A stretch of 64,000 nucleotides of DNA from an uncultured delta proteobacterium (GCA_963729715.1 CAVSPA010000003.1:32001-96000); one strand, 5' to 3'; shown: positions 1 to 9,578, counted from the stretch's first letter. Numbers and translations are program-made. Notes: generated by a model not told the origin, from the letters alone.

Positions 1-201
1 TATTGCACTCCTTAATTAACTCTCAAGAATATCTCCGAACTGTGCCCACTAAAATCAAACAGTGACACTCACTATATTTTGTAATATTCAAAAACAATAG
101 AGGCCTCTATCTCAAAATGTGGTATAAGTATCAAAAGCGGCTCGATATGGACAGGACAGTCTGTGACCATTGATGATAAAATCTGAATGAGAGGTTCCAT
201 C

Positions 202-1428
202 ATGAAAGCAAGAGGAAAAAACACAGTTTATGCGTTAACCCTGCTAATGATTGTTTACTTACTTTTGCCGACATGCATGGCATACGCAGCCCCAGCTGCT
301 GCCCAGAAGAGTACCCAGCAGACCCAACCTGCGGTAGGCGCAGCAGCGGGCTTGTTGAATCCCAATGCCCCACCTCAAGGCACCATCACCATACCCCCTT
401 CCAGCAAAGACAACGTCAACTCGTCCACTTGGTATACGGGGACCTACCAGTATATACAATGGACCTGCAGTGGCACCCGCTCCACTCTGGTGGATGTCAC
501 CCTATGGCAGAACAACCAGCAGGTTGTCGTCATTGGGAAGGGAATAGCCAGCGGGCAAACGGCCTATACCGTTCCCTTGAACATGGCTGCCGGCAGCTAT
601 GAGCTGCGGGTGACCAGTGACGATGACACCCGGGTAGTGGCCAAGCAGCCGGTCACGGTAGCTCTTACAAGCATTACGATCACAGCTCCCAAACAGAACG
701 AAATATTGTATTGGGGCGACACCTACACGATCAGATGGACATATACTGGAAATCCGGGACCGTTCAAATTAGGCGTCCTTCAAAACCCTATGTACTATGT
801 GTATGCGACTTCTGTTACTACAGCTAATGGTCAGGGTAGCGCAGTCTGGCAAATTGACTCCGATCCCATATATATTGTAGGACCAACTGCACCTTCTGGT
901 CTATTCAATATAACCATCGCAAGTGCAGGCAACGCCAACATTTCCGCAACCTCCGCAGGATTCGGCATTGTCTGCAAGCATAGCTACTGTGGGCAGGGGA
1001 AGTGCACTGATCTGCAGTCTGATGTTTTAAACTGTGGATCATGCGGCCATAACTGCCAATGGACTTTAGGCGGTTTAGGCAGTGTTTATTCTGTGTGCAC
1101 TAACGGTAAGTGCACATGCGGCCCCTATACCATGTGCCAAAATTCGAAAGGCTTTTATTGTGCTGATCTGACGGATGTGAATAACTGTGGATCATGCGGG
1201 AATGTCTGCCCCGGGAACTTTCCATGCATGAATGGCAAATGCGTCTGCCCTTCCCCTAAGGTCGTGTGCGGATGGAAATGCTCCGATCTGACTTCTGACT
1301 CGAATAACTGTGGGAAATGCGGTAATCAATGCACTGCTAACCAAGTCTGCTCTTCTAGTGTTTGTGTGGCAGGGGGGGGGAATTTGTTGCCGGATTTGCA
1401 GTCGGGGCAGCCGTCATCCGTTTATTAA
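202..1428 (+). CDS. Secreted protein with two Ser/Thr-rich Ig-like (Kre9/GPI-anchored-type) domains and three C-terminal Cys-rich Stig1-like repeats
   Basis: Signal peptide ending AYA; ITIP/ITAP...W-x-x-G-x-Y-x-I-x-W repeats; DLxxDxxNCGxCGxxC three times. Start 202 chosen over 187 because GAGG precedes it. Confidence 0.75.
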   Translation: MKARGKNTVYALTLLMIVYLLLPTCMAYAAPAAAQKSTQQTQPAVGAAAGLLNPNAPPQGTITIPPSSKDNVNSSTWYTGTYQYIQWTCSGTRSTLVDVTLWQNNQQVVVIGKGIASGQTAYTVPLNMAAGSYELRVTSDDDTRVVAKQPVTVALTSITITAPKQNEILYWGDTYTIRWTYTGNPGPFKLGVLQNPMYYVYATSVTTANGQGSAVWQIDSDPIYIVGPTAPSGLFNITIASAGNANISATSAGFGIVCKHSYCGQGKCTDLQSDVLNCGSCGHNCQWTLGGLGSVYSVCTNGKCTCGPYTMCQNSKGFYCADLTDVNNCGSCGNVCPGNFPCMNGKCVCPSPKVVCGWKCSDLTSDSNNCGKCGNQCTANQVCSSSVCVAGGGNLLPDLQSGQPSSVY

Positions 1429-1780
1429 ACTGGAGAAGGCACCGGATAGGGATAGAAGTCATCCATCAAGTAAATAAAGGGGACGGCTCTATTTGTTGAG
1501 TTAATCTCGTTATTCTTGCATTTGCAGTAATTGGTCTTGCCTCACAAATATCCTGCATTATCTATGCGGCTTATTCACTATTACTATTGTTAATCGTGCA
1601 CTTTCGATTTGTCAACAAGATGAGGACTTGAGGTGGAGACAATAACCGCCGTATTCGATTTTTTCATTGCTCGATCTTGCGCAGTACGGGCTGAAAGGTG
1701 CAAAATCTTGACAGCTTATTCCCCTAGCAGGCAGCCTGCGGCTACCTTCCTCTCCTGAGAGGCAAATTGCCAAATTTGAT

Positions 1781-1929
1781 TTTCATTGTAGAGTTCAAAT
1801 GGGAATCGTGGTAATGGAAAAACCTATACGTTACGTCAGAGATTAAGATTCATAACCCTTGAATATTGTGTGAGGGCATTATAGACCGATAACTGAAACC
1901 CCGTTTCTCAAAAAGAGCGGGGGTTTTTG
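1781..1929 (+). promoter_or_regulatory. Conserved leader element, copy 1 (15-codon uORF 1799-1846, terminator-like hairpin 1897-1928)
   Basis: Aligns nearly ungapped with the reverse complement of 42587-42732; hairpin ACCCCGTTTCT-caaaa-AGAGCGGGGGT then a T-run. Confidence 0.6.
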
Positions 1930-2038
1930 CAAAATAGCCGGAGCGAGGGACGAGAAAATGCCCGAAATGATGACCAAAGTTATTCTCGTTCTCCTTGTAA
2001 TCCAAGAACAGTCTCAACGATTTTGAAAAGGAGAAAAA

Positions 2039-2842
2039 ATGAAGACAAACAGACCCTTCATATTTCTTGCCATATGTCTTTTTGCTTGCTTGGGTGTCAC
2101 GGCTGCTGCATGGTCAGTGGAAACAAAAAGCTCTGTCCAAAGTAAGCAGATCACAGCACCTGCGGCAGGAGCACCCGTAATGACACAAGCGATTAAAGAT
2201 GTTCCACCGCAGGTGATAATTGTAACCCCTGTCGAAGGGGATACCTGGTATGCAAGCGAGACCCGCGACATCCAGTGGAAAACAATAGCTATCCCGGAAG
2301 GCTTCAAGATAAAGATCAGATTTGTGCGGTCCGATAAATCAGAGTACCTCATTGCAGACAACCTTCCGAGGTCGGGCAAATTTTCTTGGAAAATCGATGG
2401 GGGGGCATTTCAAAGCAAGCAAGGTCCAACAGGTTTTTATGGAAGCCTATCTGTACCCGTCGATACCACGGGCAAGCTGACGCTGACGGCTTCTGATGGA
2501 GCAACGAAATACGAAGGGGAAGTCTCTCTTTCCCTTGTCATTCCCAAAGTCAAGATCACGAGCCCCAAAAATGGGGATACATGGCATGTCGGAAAGACGT
2601 ATCTTGTCGCGTGGCAGACTACTGGACCCGCCCTCTCGCCGGTCCAGATAAATATCGTGGCAGGAGGTGGCTTCTCGGTCAACTTCTTGTACTCGACCAA
2701 TATGTCAAACACGGGTCATACCTACATCACCGTTCCGGCGAGTCCTATCCTTGACAATACCACCGATTTCCACTTGGTTATTCTGTCGAGCATAGCTTCA
2801 TTCCCCTATAATGATGAAGTAGCGATCAAAGTAATGAAGTAG
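2039..2842 (+). CDS. Secreted protein with two Ser/Thr-rich Ig-like domains, related to 202..1428
   Basis: SD GGAG; signal peptide ending AAA; IVTPVEGDTWY and ITSPKNGDTWHVGKTYLVAW repeats. Confidence 0.75.
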   Translation: MKTNRPFIFLAICLFACLGVTAAAWSVETKSSVQSKQITAPAAGAPVMTQAIKDVPPQVIIVTPVEGDTWYASETRDIQWKTIAIPEGFKIKIRFVRSDKSEYLIADNLPRSGKFSWKIDGGAFQSKQGPTGFYGSLSVPVDTTGKLTLTASDGATKYEGEVSLSLVIPKVKITSPKNGDTWHVGKTYLVAWQTTGPALSPVQINIVAGGGFSVNFLYSTNMSNTGHTYITVPASPILDNTTDFHLVILSSIASFPYNDEVAIKVMK

Positions 2843-2944
2843 GTCAATCGTTGCAATAATTTTGAGATTGAATCAAATATTTGTCGTCTGCCGGTTAGGC
2901 ATCCTATCACCCCTTGTGTGGACACTCGGCTCCTTCCTCTTCAT

Positions 2945-2986
2945 TTGACAGAACTTACGGTTACGTATAGATTGCGAATCGTAATC
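2945..2986 (+). promoter_or_regulatory. Sigma70-type promoter with an overlapping palindrome
   Basis: TTGACA-N17-TAGATT (2945-2973); near-palindrome GATTGCGAATCGTAATC overlaps and follows the -10 box. Confidence 0.5.
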
Positions 2987-3057
2987 TTCAAATAATCCAA
3001 TAGTTTTAGTAGTGTTAAAACGTACCGAATAAAAGATAAATAATAAAAGGAGCTTTT

Positions 3058-3492
3058 ATGAAGAACACGCTTCATATTACCTGCTGCCTCTCAGTAATTC
3101 TTTGCATTACAACAATGGCAGGAATTGCCAATGCAGCTGGGGCGATACAGGGGGTTGGCAGTGGACAGGCATCTGGTGTCACGTCGTCGACAAACCAGAA
3201 GGATATCTCATCGCAAATTCAGGGATTGCAGGATCAGATTAATGGAATACAACAGGATATTTATGATGCCCAGAAACAGATGCAGCAGCTGTTAGACGAT
3301 TTGAAACAGCTAAGTGACCAGCTGAAGCAGGCACAGAACAGCTTGCAGGCGGAAAAGACCGAACTGCAGGCGTTACAAGCCAACCGTCCCGCACGGTCGA
3401 GCTACGGCACCAAGGACGATAAGGCATTTCAAGATGCTCTTACGGCTTGGAATCAGCAGATGTCTTCGTTGGAGAATCAAATCCAGCTGTAG
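3058..3492 (+). CDS. Secreted coiled-coil protein, possibly C-terminally truncated
   Basis: SD AAGGAG; signal peptide ANA; Gln/Leu heptads; stops abruptly at CTG TAG GTGTAAC. Confidence 0.6.
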   Translation: MKNTLHITCCLSVILCITTMAGIANAAGAIQGVGSGQASGVTSSTNQKDISSQIQGLQDQINGIQQDIYDAQKQMQQLLDDLKQLSDQLKQAQNSLQAEKTELQALQANRPARSSYGTKDDKAFQDALTAWNQQMSSLENQIQL

Positions 3493-3727
3493 GTGTAACA
3501 AATACTATCCTTTTTATCTCTTTCTTCCTTGTAGTATTGTTTTTCTAAATCAGCACACCGATACAAGCTTTCACTCGATAATAACCAACAAGCTGACCGT
3601 CTGCCTTAAAAGAAAGCTTAAGTTATTCTTAATTTCTAACGATATCACTAAAACTATATGTGCGACTAAACGGCTGAGGGTGGTATCCGGAGAAAGCGAT
3701 CTACTCGATTCAAAGGGTGTCCGATAA

Positions 3728-4345
3728 ATGCAATGCATTTTACCATTTCTTATTAAATACTCTTATCTCGGGATCTTTGCTGCATTGGGACTCGGCATTC
3801 TGGGTTTACCCATACCTGATGAGACACTAATGGCATTAGCCGGATTTTTGGCTTTTAAGGGAACCCTCAGTTATCCGCAAGCTGTATTGGCGGCATTTGC
3901 AGGGACGATAAGCGGTATTTCAATTGGATATCTTCTGGGAAGGGGCTTTGGGCATCCTTTCTTAGAGAAATATTCAGCCAAATTGAGAATTAATCGTAAA
4001 CACCTTCACAAAACCGAAGAATGGTACAGCAAGTATGGAAAGTTTGCCATATTCATCGGTTATTTTATTCCCGGGGTTCGACATTTAACGGCAGTATTTG
4101 CAGGAATTGCTGTAATGCCTTACAAGGTATTCGCCATATACGCCTTTGCCGGGGGTTTTTTATGGACCGTGACATTTGTGACGATGGGGTATTATCTGGG
4201 TGATAAATGGAAACTTGTTTATACTTATTCATACCGTTATATCCTACCCTTTGCCATCGTAGCCATGGTGATTTTTTTATTGATAAATTTTCTGAGAACA
4301 AACGGTCGTAAACAGAATATGGCTCTCACAAATAAAGAGATGTAA
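3728..4345 (+). CDS. DedA family membrane protein
   Basis: LGLPIPDETLMALAG and FIPGVRH motifs; hydrophobic profile. Confidence 0.9.
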   Translation: MQCILPFLIKYSYLGIFAALGLGILGLPIPDETLMALAGFLAFKGTLSYPQAVLAAFAGTISGISIGYLLGRGFGHPFLEKYSAKLRINRKHLHKTEEWYSKYGKFAIFIGYFIPGVRHLTAVFAGIAVMPYKVFAIYAFAGGFLWTVTFVTMGYYLGDKWKLVYTYSYRYILPFAIVAMVIFLLINFLRTNGRKQNMALTNKEM

Positions 4346-4729
4346 CCAAAGTTTAGATTCTTTTTCAGTGAGAATTTGTTTAAGTCGTCCTGAAAGGGAA
4401 ATTTCTCAAGTCTTCCAGTAGATGCAACATTTCTTCAAGGAATCAACAGATGTCATCAGTTTTCAAATCAGATAATTGTTATATAAGAGATGCGCACTTT
4501 TTCCATCGGCTTATTCCTGGCAATTAATAGAAATACATCATATTTAGTGCGTTCTATATTTGCCATCCATCTTTTCATTTTCATAGTGGATTTCAATCAT
4601 AAGTAATGATATTCCTATAAAATAACACCAGATCAAGGAGCTCTCGACATCCATTTTATTGTTGGACTCATAATATACAGGTAACGTCATACCCGATATT
4701 CGTAGCAACCAAGAGGTTTACAAGAAACA

Positions 4730-5443
4730 ATGAAGGCAGACAAGCGCAGACTCCTTATAAATTGGAGCGATACACACTATGATCTCAAGCGATTAATTGA
4801 AAATAACGAGCCATATGATAAGAAAATAGAAAACAACAAAGGCTGGTCGTATGTGACTTTTCTTTCCAAAAAAATCCAGGCAAATAAGATTCCCTTTGAT
4901 ATAGACCGACTGTTGGGGATGGCTAAGGATAACAATTACTACCTTCCCCGTGAGCTTGTCGTTCAGCACAACAAGGTAGTTGTAACTGCTTATCCGGATG
5001 ATGGTGAGTCGCCCGCTTCTCCTCTTCTCGGTCTGTATCTTCTGGTGTCTTTCTATATGGATCGATACAGAGATGTACGGAAATATCCTTCTCACGGATT
5101 TTATGGGAAGTTCGGTGGAATCTATGAAAGACCGGAAAAAGGAAGGGTGCTTGCGATTTATACGGGAAACGATGATGCCCTGCTTTATATTTATGAATCT
5201 ATCGAGAAGCTGATTCCCGAGGTACCGTTGAAAAGAGTCCGATTTGACCTCCATGTTTCCAATGGATTAAGTGCCATTCCTAGGATGCTGCATGGATTCG
5301 ACGATCCAGACTACAGTCGTTCCGGAGCCGGACATTACAAGATAACCGACCCCAATCAATGTGCTGTTCTTCTGAACCAGGCTAGGCATGATTATGGCAG
5401 GTATCCTTTTTATCAAGTGGATACTCGTGTTGAAAATCAATAA
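4730..5443 (+). CDS. Hypothetical protein (237 aa)
   Basis: Long ORF with ordinary globular composition; no family recognised. Confidence 0.6.
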   Translation: MKADKRRLLINWSDTHYDLKRLIENNEPYDKKIENNKGWSYVTFLSKKIQANKIPFDIDRLLGMAKDNNYYLPRELVVQHNKVVVTAYPDDGESPASPLLGLYLLVSFYMDRYRDVRKYPSHGFYGKFGGIYERPEKGRVLAIYTGNDDALLYIYESIEKLIPEVPLKRVRFDLHVSNGLSAIPRMLHGFDDPDYSRSGAGHYKITDPNQCAVLLNQARHDYGRYPFYQVDTRVENQ

Positions 5444-5675
5444 ATTTGTGAATGGTTTGATCGTATTATCCGTGCTACAGCATCAGCCTGGGGGCCATAA
5501 GGAAAAGAGCGCTTACAAGAGGCAATCCGCACTTCAATTCTAAATCGGAACTTGAGGATAGGTAGTTATTCCGTTTAAAATCAATAAAAAGTTTTGGCTA
5601 TGTTATGCCAAATCAAAAAAATACGTTCTTTGAAAATTTGGTAAGGCCTGGACAATCCATCCCATGTTTGCTATC

Positions 5676-7046
5676 CTAGTTATGGGATGGGGCAGAGACG
5701 ATGATCCCGCACTTAGTGAAGTTATCACTATGGGACACCTTCCGCTCCGTCCTTTTTTTGTATTGCCTCCTTGAAATGGGTGCTTTGTCATCAAAATCCT
5801 GATAGCGGCGGTTTTTATCTTTGACGATTGCCATTTGTTTCTGGACCATTTTCTCTCTATTGTTTACATCAATTTCCGGATCATAGGGCTGGTTGTGTTT
5901 CAGCATGCCATAAATGATGCGCAGGATTTTGTGCATACAGAGCCCGACAGCTGCCATCCCTTTCATACCTTTTTGGGTATGTTCTTTATAGATGCCACGG
6001 ATATGGGTATTTTTAGAAATGGAGGCCATGGTGACCATAAAGAGGATCCGTCGGGGATTTTTTCTTCCCTGTTTGCTCATATGGTACCCGCCAATGTTGT
6101 CACCGCTGATTTTGAACACTGGATGAAGCCCGAAAAAGGACGCCAGTTTCTTCACGGAGGCAAACCTTTCCAGGGCTTGAATCTCGATCATTAATCCGAT
6201 GGCGGAGGCGATCCCTATGCCTTGAAAGGTCATTAGAAGGGCGACTTCCGGAAGAGAACACAGGGCACTCATCTTCTTCTCTTGCGCCTGAATGACCGTT
6301 TTGAGATGAATGATCTGCTCGACTGTATCCACAATAATCTCTTCGGTAATACCATCTGATCTTGAGGCTACAGAACGTTTTGCCTTTTCAATCAGTTCTT
6401 GTGCACGAACGGCGGAGACATGGGGGATAAGGGCCAAAGATTCCGGTATGGCCTCTGAGAGCTTTTGGGCCGTGGGGTAACGTCTCAAAACTTCCAACAG
6501 CCATAAAGGGGACTTCTTTTTACAATATGCCATGATCTCCGGATTTGCAGAGTACAACAAGGACTCCAATTGATTAAACAACAGGGTCTTTTGCTTGGTA
6601 AGCATGTTGAAGAAGCCCCAAAGCTTTCTTAGGCTCCCCCAATAATCTTCCTGTTGGTAAGATACTTTTTCGGGGTGAGAGATCATGTATTTGGCAACAT
6701 CCTGGGCACTGATTTTGTCTGTAATCACCCTTCTGAGGGAAGCCTTGCTGTTGGCATTGACACCAAAGGGATTCAGACGCGCTGACTTCATGTTCAGGGT
6801 TGCCTGGAATTTCATAAGGGTATGTAACCAGTTATTCTCATACCCGCCGGTACTTTCCACGGCTGCAAAGAGCATCCCATCCGGATGTTCCTGGAGGAAT
6901 CGCGATAGGATCTCATAAAGTTTGCAATGGCCATCAAAGGTATCATCCAACTGAAAATTCTGCTCCACGATTTGTTTATGGGCATCGAGGATGACAAAAT
7001 CTGCATAACCTTTGCTGACATCGCCGCCTAAATAATAGTTCTGCAT
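5676..7046 (-). CDS. IS110 family recombinase/transposase
   Basis: GGDVSK, AVESTG, TDKISA RuvC-like motifs; GIGIASA, SG serine loop, SKQGRKNPRRILF, KILRIIYGML; SD AAAGGA before MQNYY. Confidence 0.95.
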   Translation of the reverse strand: MQNYYLGGDVSKGYADFVILDAHKQIVEQNFQLDDTFDGHCKLYEILSRFLQEHPDGMLFAAVESTGGYENNWLHTLMKFQATLNMKSARLNPFGVNANSKASLRRVITDKISAQDVAKYMISHPEKVSYQQEDYWGSLRKLWGFFNMLTKQKTLLFNQLESLLYSANPEIMAYCKKKSPLWLLEVLRRYPTAQKLSEAIPESLALIPHVSAVRAQELIEKAKRSVASRSDGITEEIIVDTVEQIIHLKTVIQAQEKKMSALCSLPEVALLMTFQGIGIASAIGLMIEIQALERFASVKKLASFFGLHPVFKISGDNIGGYHMSKQGRKNPRRILFMVTMASISKNTHIRGIYKEHTQKGMKGMAAVGLCMHKILRIIYGMLKHNQPYDPEIDVNNREKMVQKQMAIVKDKNRRYQDFDDKAPISRRQYKKRTERKVSHSDNFTKCGIIVSAPSHN

Positions 7047-7084
7047 GCGGTTTCCTTTCTGATAAGATATTTTTTTAAAAATGC

Positions 7085-7262
7085 CAGGAATCATCAGCCT
7101 TGTTGAATCCGGTGTCTGTGCACCAAGTTATTCCTCGACTTAAACCTGGCGGAAGGAAGATACTTTCAAACGGTCTCGAAGACCAGGGTGCAAACCTTCT
7201 CTTCCGACAAGATACAACAGATTTTACTAAAAGAAAAAGAGCTTTAATAATCTCATCCCTTA
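7085..7262 (-). ncRNA. Candidate bridge RNA of the IS110 element
   Basis: Two stem-loops: one has GGAATAACT...ACAAG matching the donor junction, the other TTTGCACC...AGTA partly matching the insertion site; ends approximate. Confidence 0.7.
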
Positions 7263-7531
7263 TCTTTGAATATACAAGGTGTACTCAAACGACTATGGTC
7301 AAAATTCGATATTTTTAAGAGTATTACCATTCTCTTAAAAATCCCCATGCCCTGTGGGGGCACCACGAAGCCATGAAAATAACTTGTTATAGTTTTCGGC
7401 GGTTCTATTTTCGTATTAATATTCCGGATTTCTTCGACATATTCTGAGAAATCTTGTATATTACCGCAGAAGTATTCGCTTTAGTTGTCATCATCACAAA
7501 TCATACTCTCTTCACATTAAGGGAGAAATCC

Positions 7532-8059
7532 ATGAAAAGAATTACAGCCACAGTTTTATCATTCCTGATTCTGAGTTTCGTTGCGACCACAGCACATGCT
7601 TTTCAAGCTGACATTACGAAGGTCTGCTTCAGTCCCAATGGCGGGTGCACCGAATGCATAGTGAAAGAAATCAATACCGCAAAATCAGAGATTCTGGTCC
7701 AGGCGTATTCATTCACATCAGCACCAATTGCAAAGGCCCTGACAGATGTTTTCAAGAGAGGCGTCAAAGTAGAAGCAATACTTGATAAGAGCCAGCGAAG
7801 AGAAAAATACACAGCAGCCACTTTTATATCTAATGCCGGTATTCCGACCTATATAGATGATAAACACGCCATAGCTCATAACAAGATCATGATTATTGAC
7901 AAGGAAACTGTGATTACAGGGAGCTTTAATTTTACCAAAGCTGCAGAGGAAAAGAATGCGGAGAATTTGTTGGTCATCAAATCTAAAGAACTGGCAAAAG
8001 AGTACATGGACAACTGGCACAAGCATAGAGAACATTCAGAGAAGTACGAGGGAAAATAG
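7532..8059 (+). CDS. Phospholipase D family (Nuc-like) secreted nuclease
   Basis: Signal peptide; FSPNGG, QAYSFTS, single HxK motif HNKIMIID, GSFNFT, NAEN. Confidence 0.9.
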   Translation: MKRITATVLSFLILSFVATTAHAFQADITKVCFSPNGGCTECIVKEINTAKSEILVQAYSFTSAPIAKALTDVFKRGVKVEAILDKSQRREKYTAATFISNAGIPTYIDDKHAIAHNKIMIIDKETVITGSFNFTKAAEEKNAENLLVIKSKELAKEYMDNWHKHREHSEKYEGK

Positions 8060-8061
8060 AA

Positions 8062-8367
8062 ATGGCGCTGACTAAAATCGACCTTGTTGACATGATCTAT
8101 AATGAATTGGGCATTCCCAAGAAAGAATGCATCGATCTGGTTGAAAGCTTCTTTGATATTATCAAGGATGAACTCGCCAAGGGTAACGCCTTCATGATCT
8201 CAGGATTCGGCAAGTGGTCAGTGAAACAGAAGAGACCTAGGCTAGGCCGGAACCCTCACACAGGAGAGCAGATTATCATTGATGCAAAAAGGGTGGTTAC
8301 GTTCAAGAGTGCGCCACCGCTGAGATCAGAAATAAACCATGGTTCACATAGCAGCAAAGGAGGATAG
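8062..8367 (+). CDS. ihfA: Integration host factor subunit alpha-like
   Basis: MALTKIDL, ISGFGKW, GRNPHTGE, RVVTFK. Confidence 0.85.
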   Translation: MALTKIDLVDMIYNELGIPKKECIDLVESFFDIIKDELAKGNAFMISGFGKWSVKQKRPRLGRNPHTGEQIIIDAKRVVTFKSAPPLRSEINHGSHSSKGG

Positions 8368-8369
8368 AA

Positions 8370-8933
8370 ATGGATTTCCAGACACTCTTAATAAACAGGC
8401 GTGCCATCAGGGATTTTCAAAATAAAGAAGTGCCGTTATTAGTAATCAAAGAAATCATTCAGGACACCTGTCTTGCCCCGACAGCCACTAATCGCCAACC
8501 ATGCAAGTTTATCATTATTCGGAACCGTGACTACATTAAAAAACTCTCAGATGAAAGTAAGAAGAACCTTCTTTCGGATCTTGAACGGAACCCTGAGTCA
8601 CCACTGAAACAATATGAACCCCGTCTGCGCGACGAACAATTCAATGTCTTTTATAATGCGCCTTGCCTGGTTTACGTCATCGGTCCCAAGGAGGTGCACT
8701 CACTTGATGTGGATTGTGGCCTTACGGTTGCATATTTTATGTTCTCCGCTACCTCCAGAGGATTGGGAACCTGCTGGATCGGATTAGGGGCTCATATCCG
8801 TGACCGCAAGATCCTTGATGACATGGGAGTCCCTGTGGATTGTCAAATAGTGGCACCTGTTCTTATTGGGTATCCGACCAGTATTCCTCCAGCTTCTGAA
8901 AGGCACGCTCCAGAAATTGTGAAGATTATATGA
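8370..8933 (+). CDS. Nitroreductase family protein
   Basis: RRAIRDF, APTATNRQP, GLGTCWIG, IGYP. Confidence 0.9.
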   Translation: MDFQTLLINRRAIRDFQNKEVPLLVIKEIIQDTCLAPTATNRQPCKFIIIRNRDYIKKLSDESKKNLLSDLERNPESPLKQYEPRLRDEQFNVFYNAPCLVYVIGPKEVHSLDVDCGLTVAYFMFSATSRGLGTCWIGLGAHIRDRKILDDMGVPVDCQIVAPVLIGYPTSIPPASERHAPEIVKII

Positions 8934-8949
8934 TTAACATCAGAATCAA

Positions 8950-9300
8950 ATGAAAAAGAATTTGAAACTAATACCTGTGTTCGTAGTCATCCTGGGTATT
9001 ATCATCGCCTCCGCCTGCAGCGACAATAAATTGAGCAGACCTTGGGGAATTTCAGATGAAACAATCCATTCGATTGTAAAGTCAGAATTAAAATGCGATG
9101 GAATCAGTATCATCGTTGACAAGGTCGGTGCTCCTCAAACCGTATGTGATCAACTGGGAGGCTGTAATGATTATGCTGATATTCAGGTGGCGATAGAAGG
9201 AGTCTGTGAGGATAAGGGCATTAAGGGATCATATGTTCTTAGACTATACAGGGGCGAGTTGGGTAATTACAGGGGAAAGATGATAAAGAATACCGATTGA
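8950..9300 (+). CDS. Hypothetical lipoprotein
   Basis: MKK, hydrophobic stretch, lipobox ASAC. Confidence 0.6.
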   Translation: MKKNLKLIPVFVVILGIIIASACSDNKLSRPWGISDETIHSIVKSELKCDGISIIVDKVGAPQTVCDQLGGCNDYADIQVAIEGVCEDKGIKGSYVLRLYRGELGNYRGKMIKNTD

Positions 9301-9320
9301 AAAAAGCGAAAGTATAGAAA

Positions 9321-9578
9321 ATGCCAGAAAGCGATATTGAATTTGAAGAATTTGAGTGTTCAAAAATAGGTACTGAAGTCACGATTACTCGTCAAGTTTT
9401 CCTTCATAGGAACGCTTTAACAGATAAAGTGAATGGAAGGGCTATAGTAGATATAGATTGTGATCACAACATGGACTGCGGTGTCGGCAAGAGAAATGGG
9501 GACAATACAATTTACGACTGGAATAAGTGTGTTCACCCGGATTTAAGAGAAAGAAATATTCGAAAAGCCAATGAATGA
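9321..9578 (+). CDS. Small Cys-containing hypothetical protein
   Basis: 85 aa in operon position; four Cys, possible metal binding. Confidence 0.55.
   Translation: MPESDIEFEEFECSKIGTEVTITRQVFLHRNALTDKVNGRAIVDIDCDHNMDCGVGKRNGDNTIYDWNKCVHPDLRERNIRKANE

Larger units (their letters stand above)
5564..7278 (-). mobile_element. IS110-family insertion sequence (IS621-like, CT core at both ends)
   Basis: AG at 5564-5565 and 7277-7278; joining the ends gives TTGATT-N17-TATATT; the junction GGAATAACTTG is repeated in the 5' non-coding end. Confidence 0.8.

Noticed and set aside
1472..1494. AAAGGGGACGGC, also inverted at 25331-25342 (REP-like)
   Set aside because: Only 12 nt in two copies
2960..2970. 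GTTACGTATAG, identical to the recombinase-element end
   Set aside because: Single 11-mer inside a good sigma70 promoter with no partner end; likely chance
5447..5563. WFDRIIR...ERLQEAIR..ILN resembles a REP-associated tyrosine transposase C-terminus
   Set aside because: Short and broken across frames; not supportable without a search
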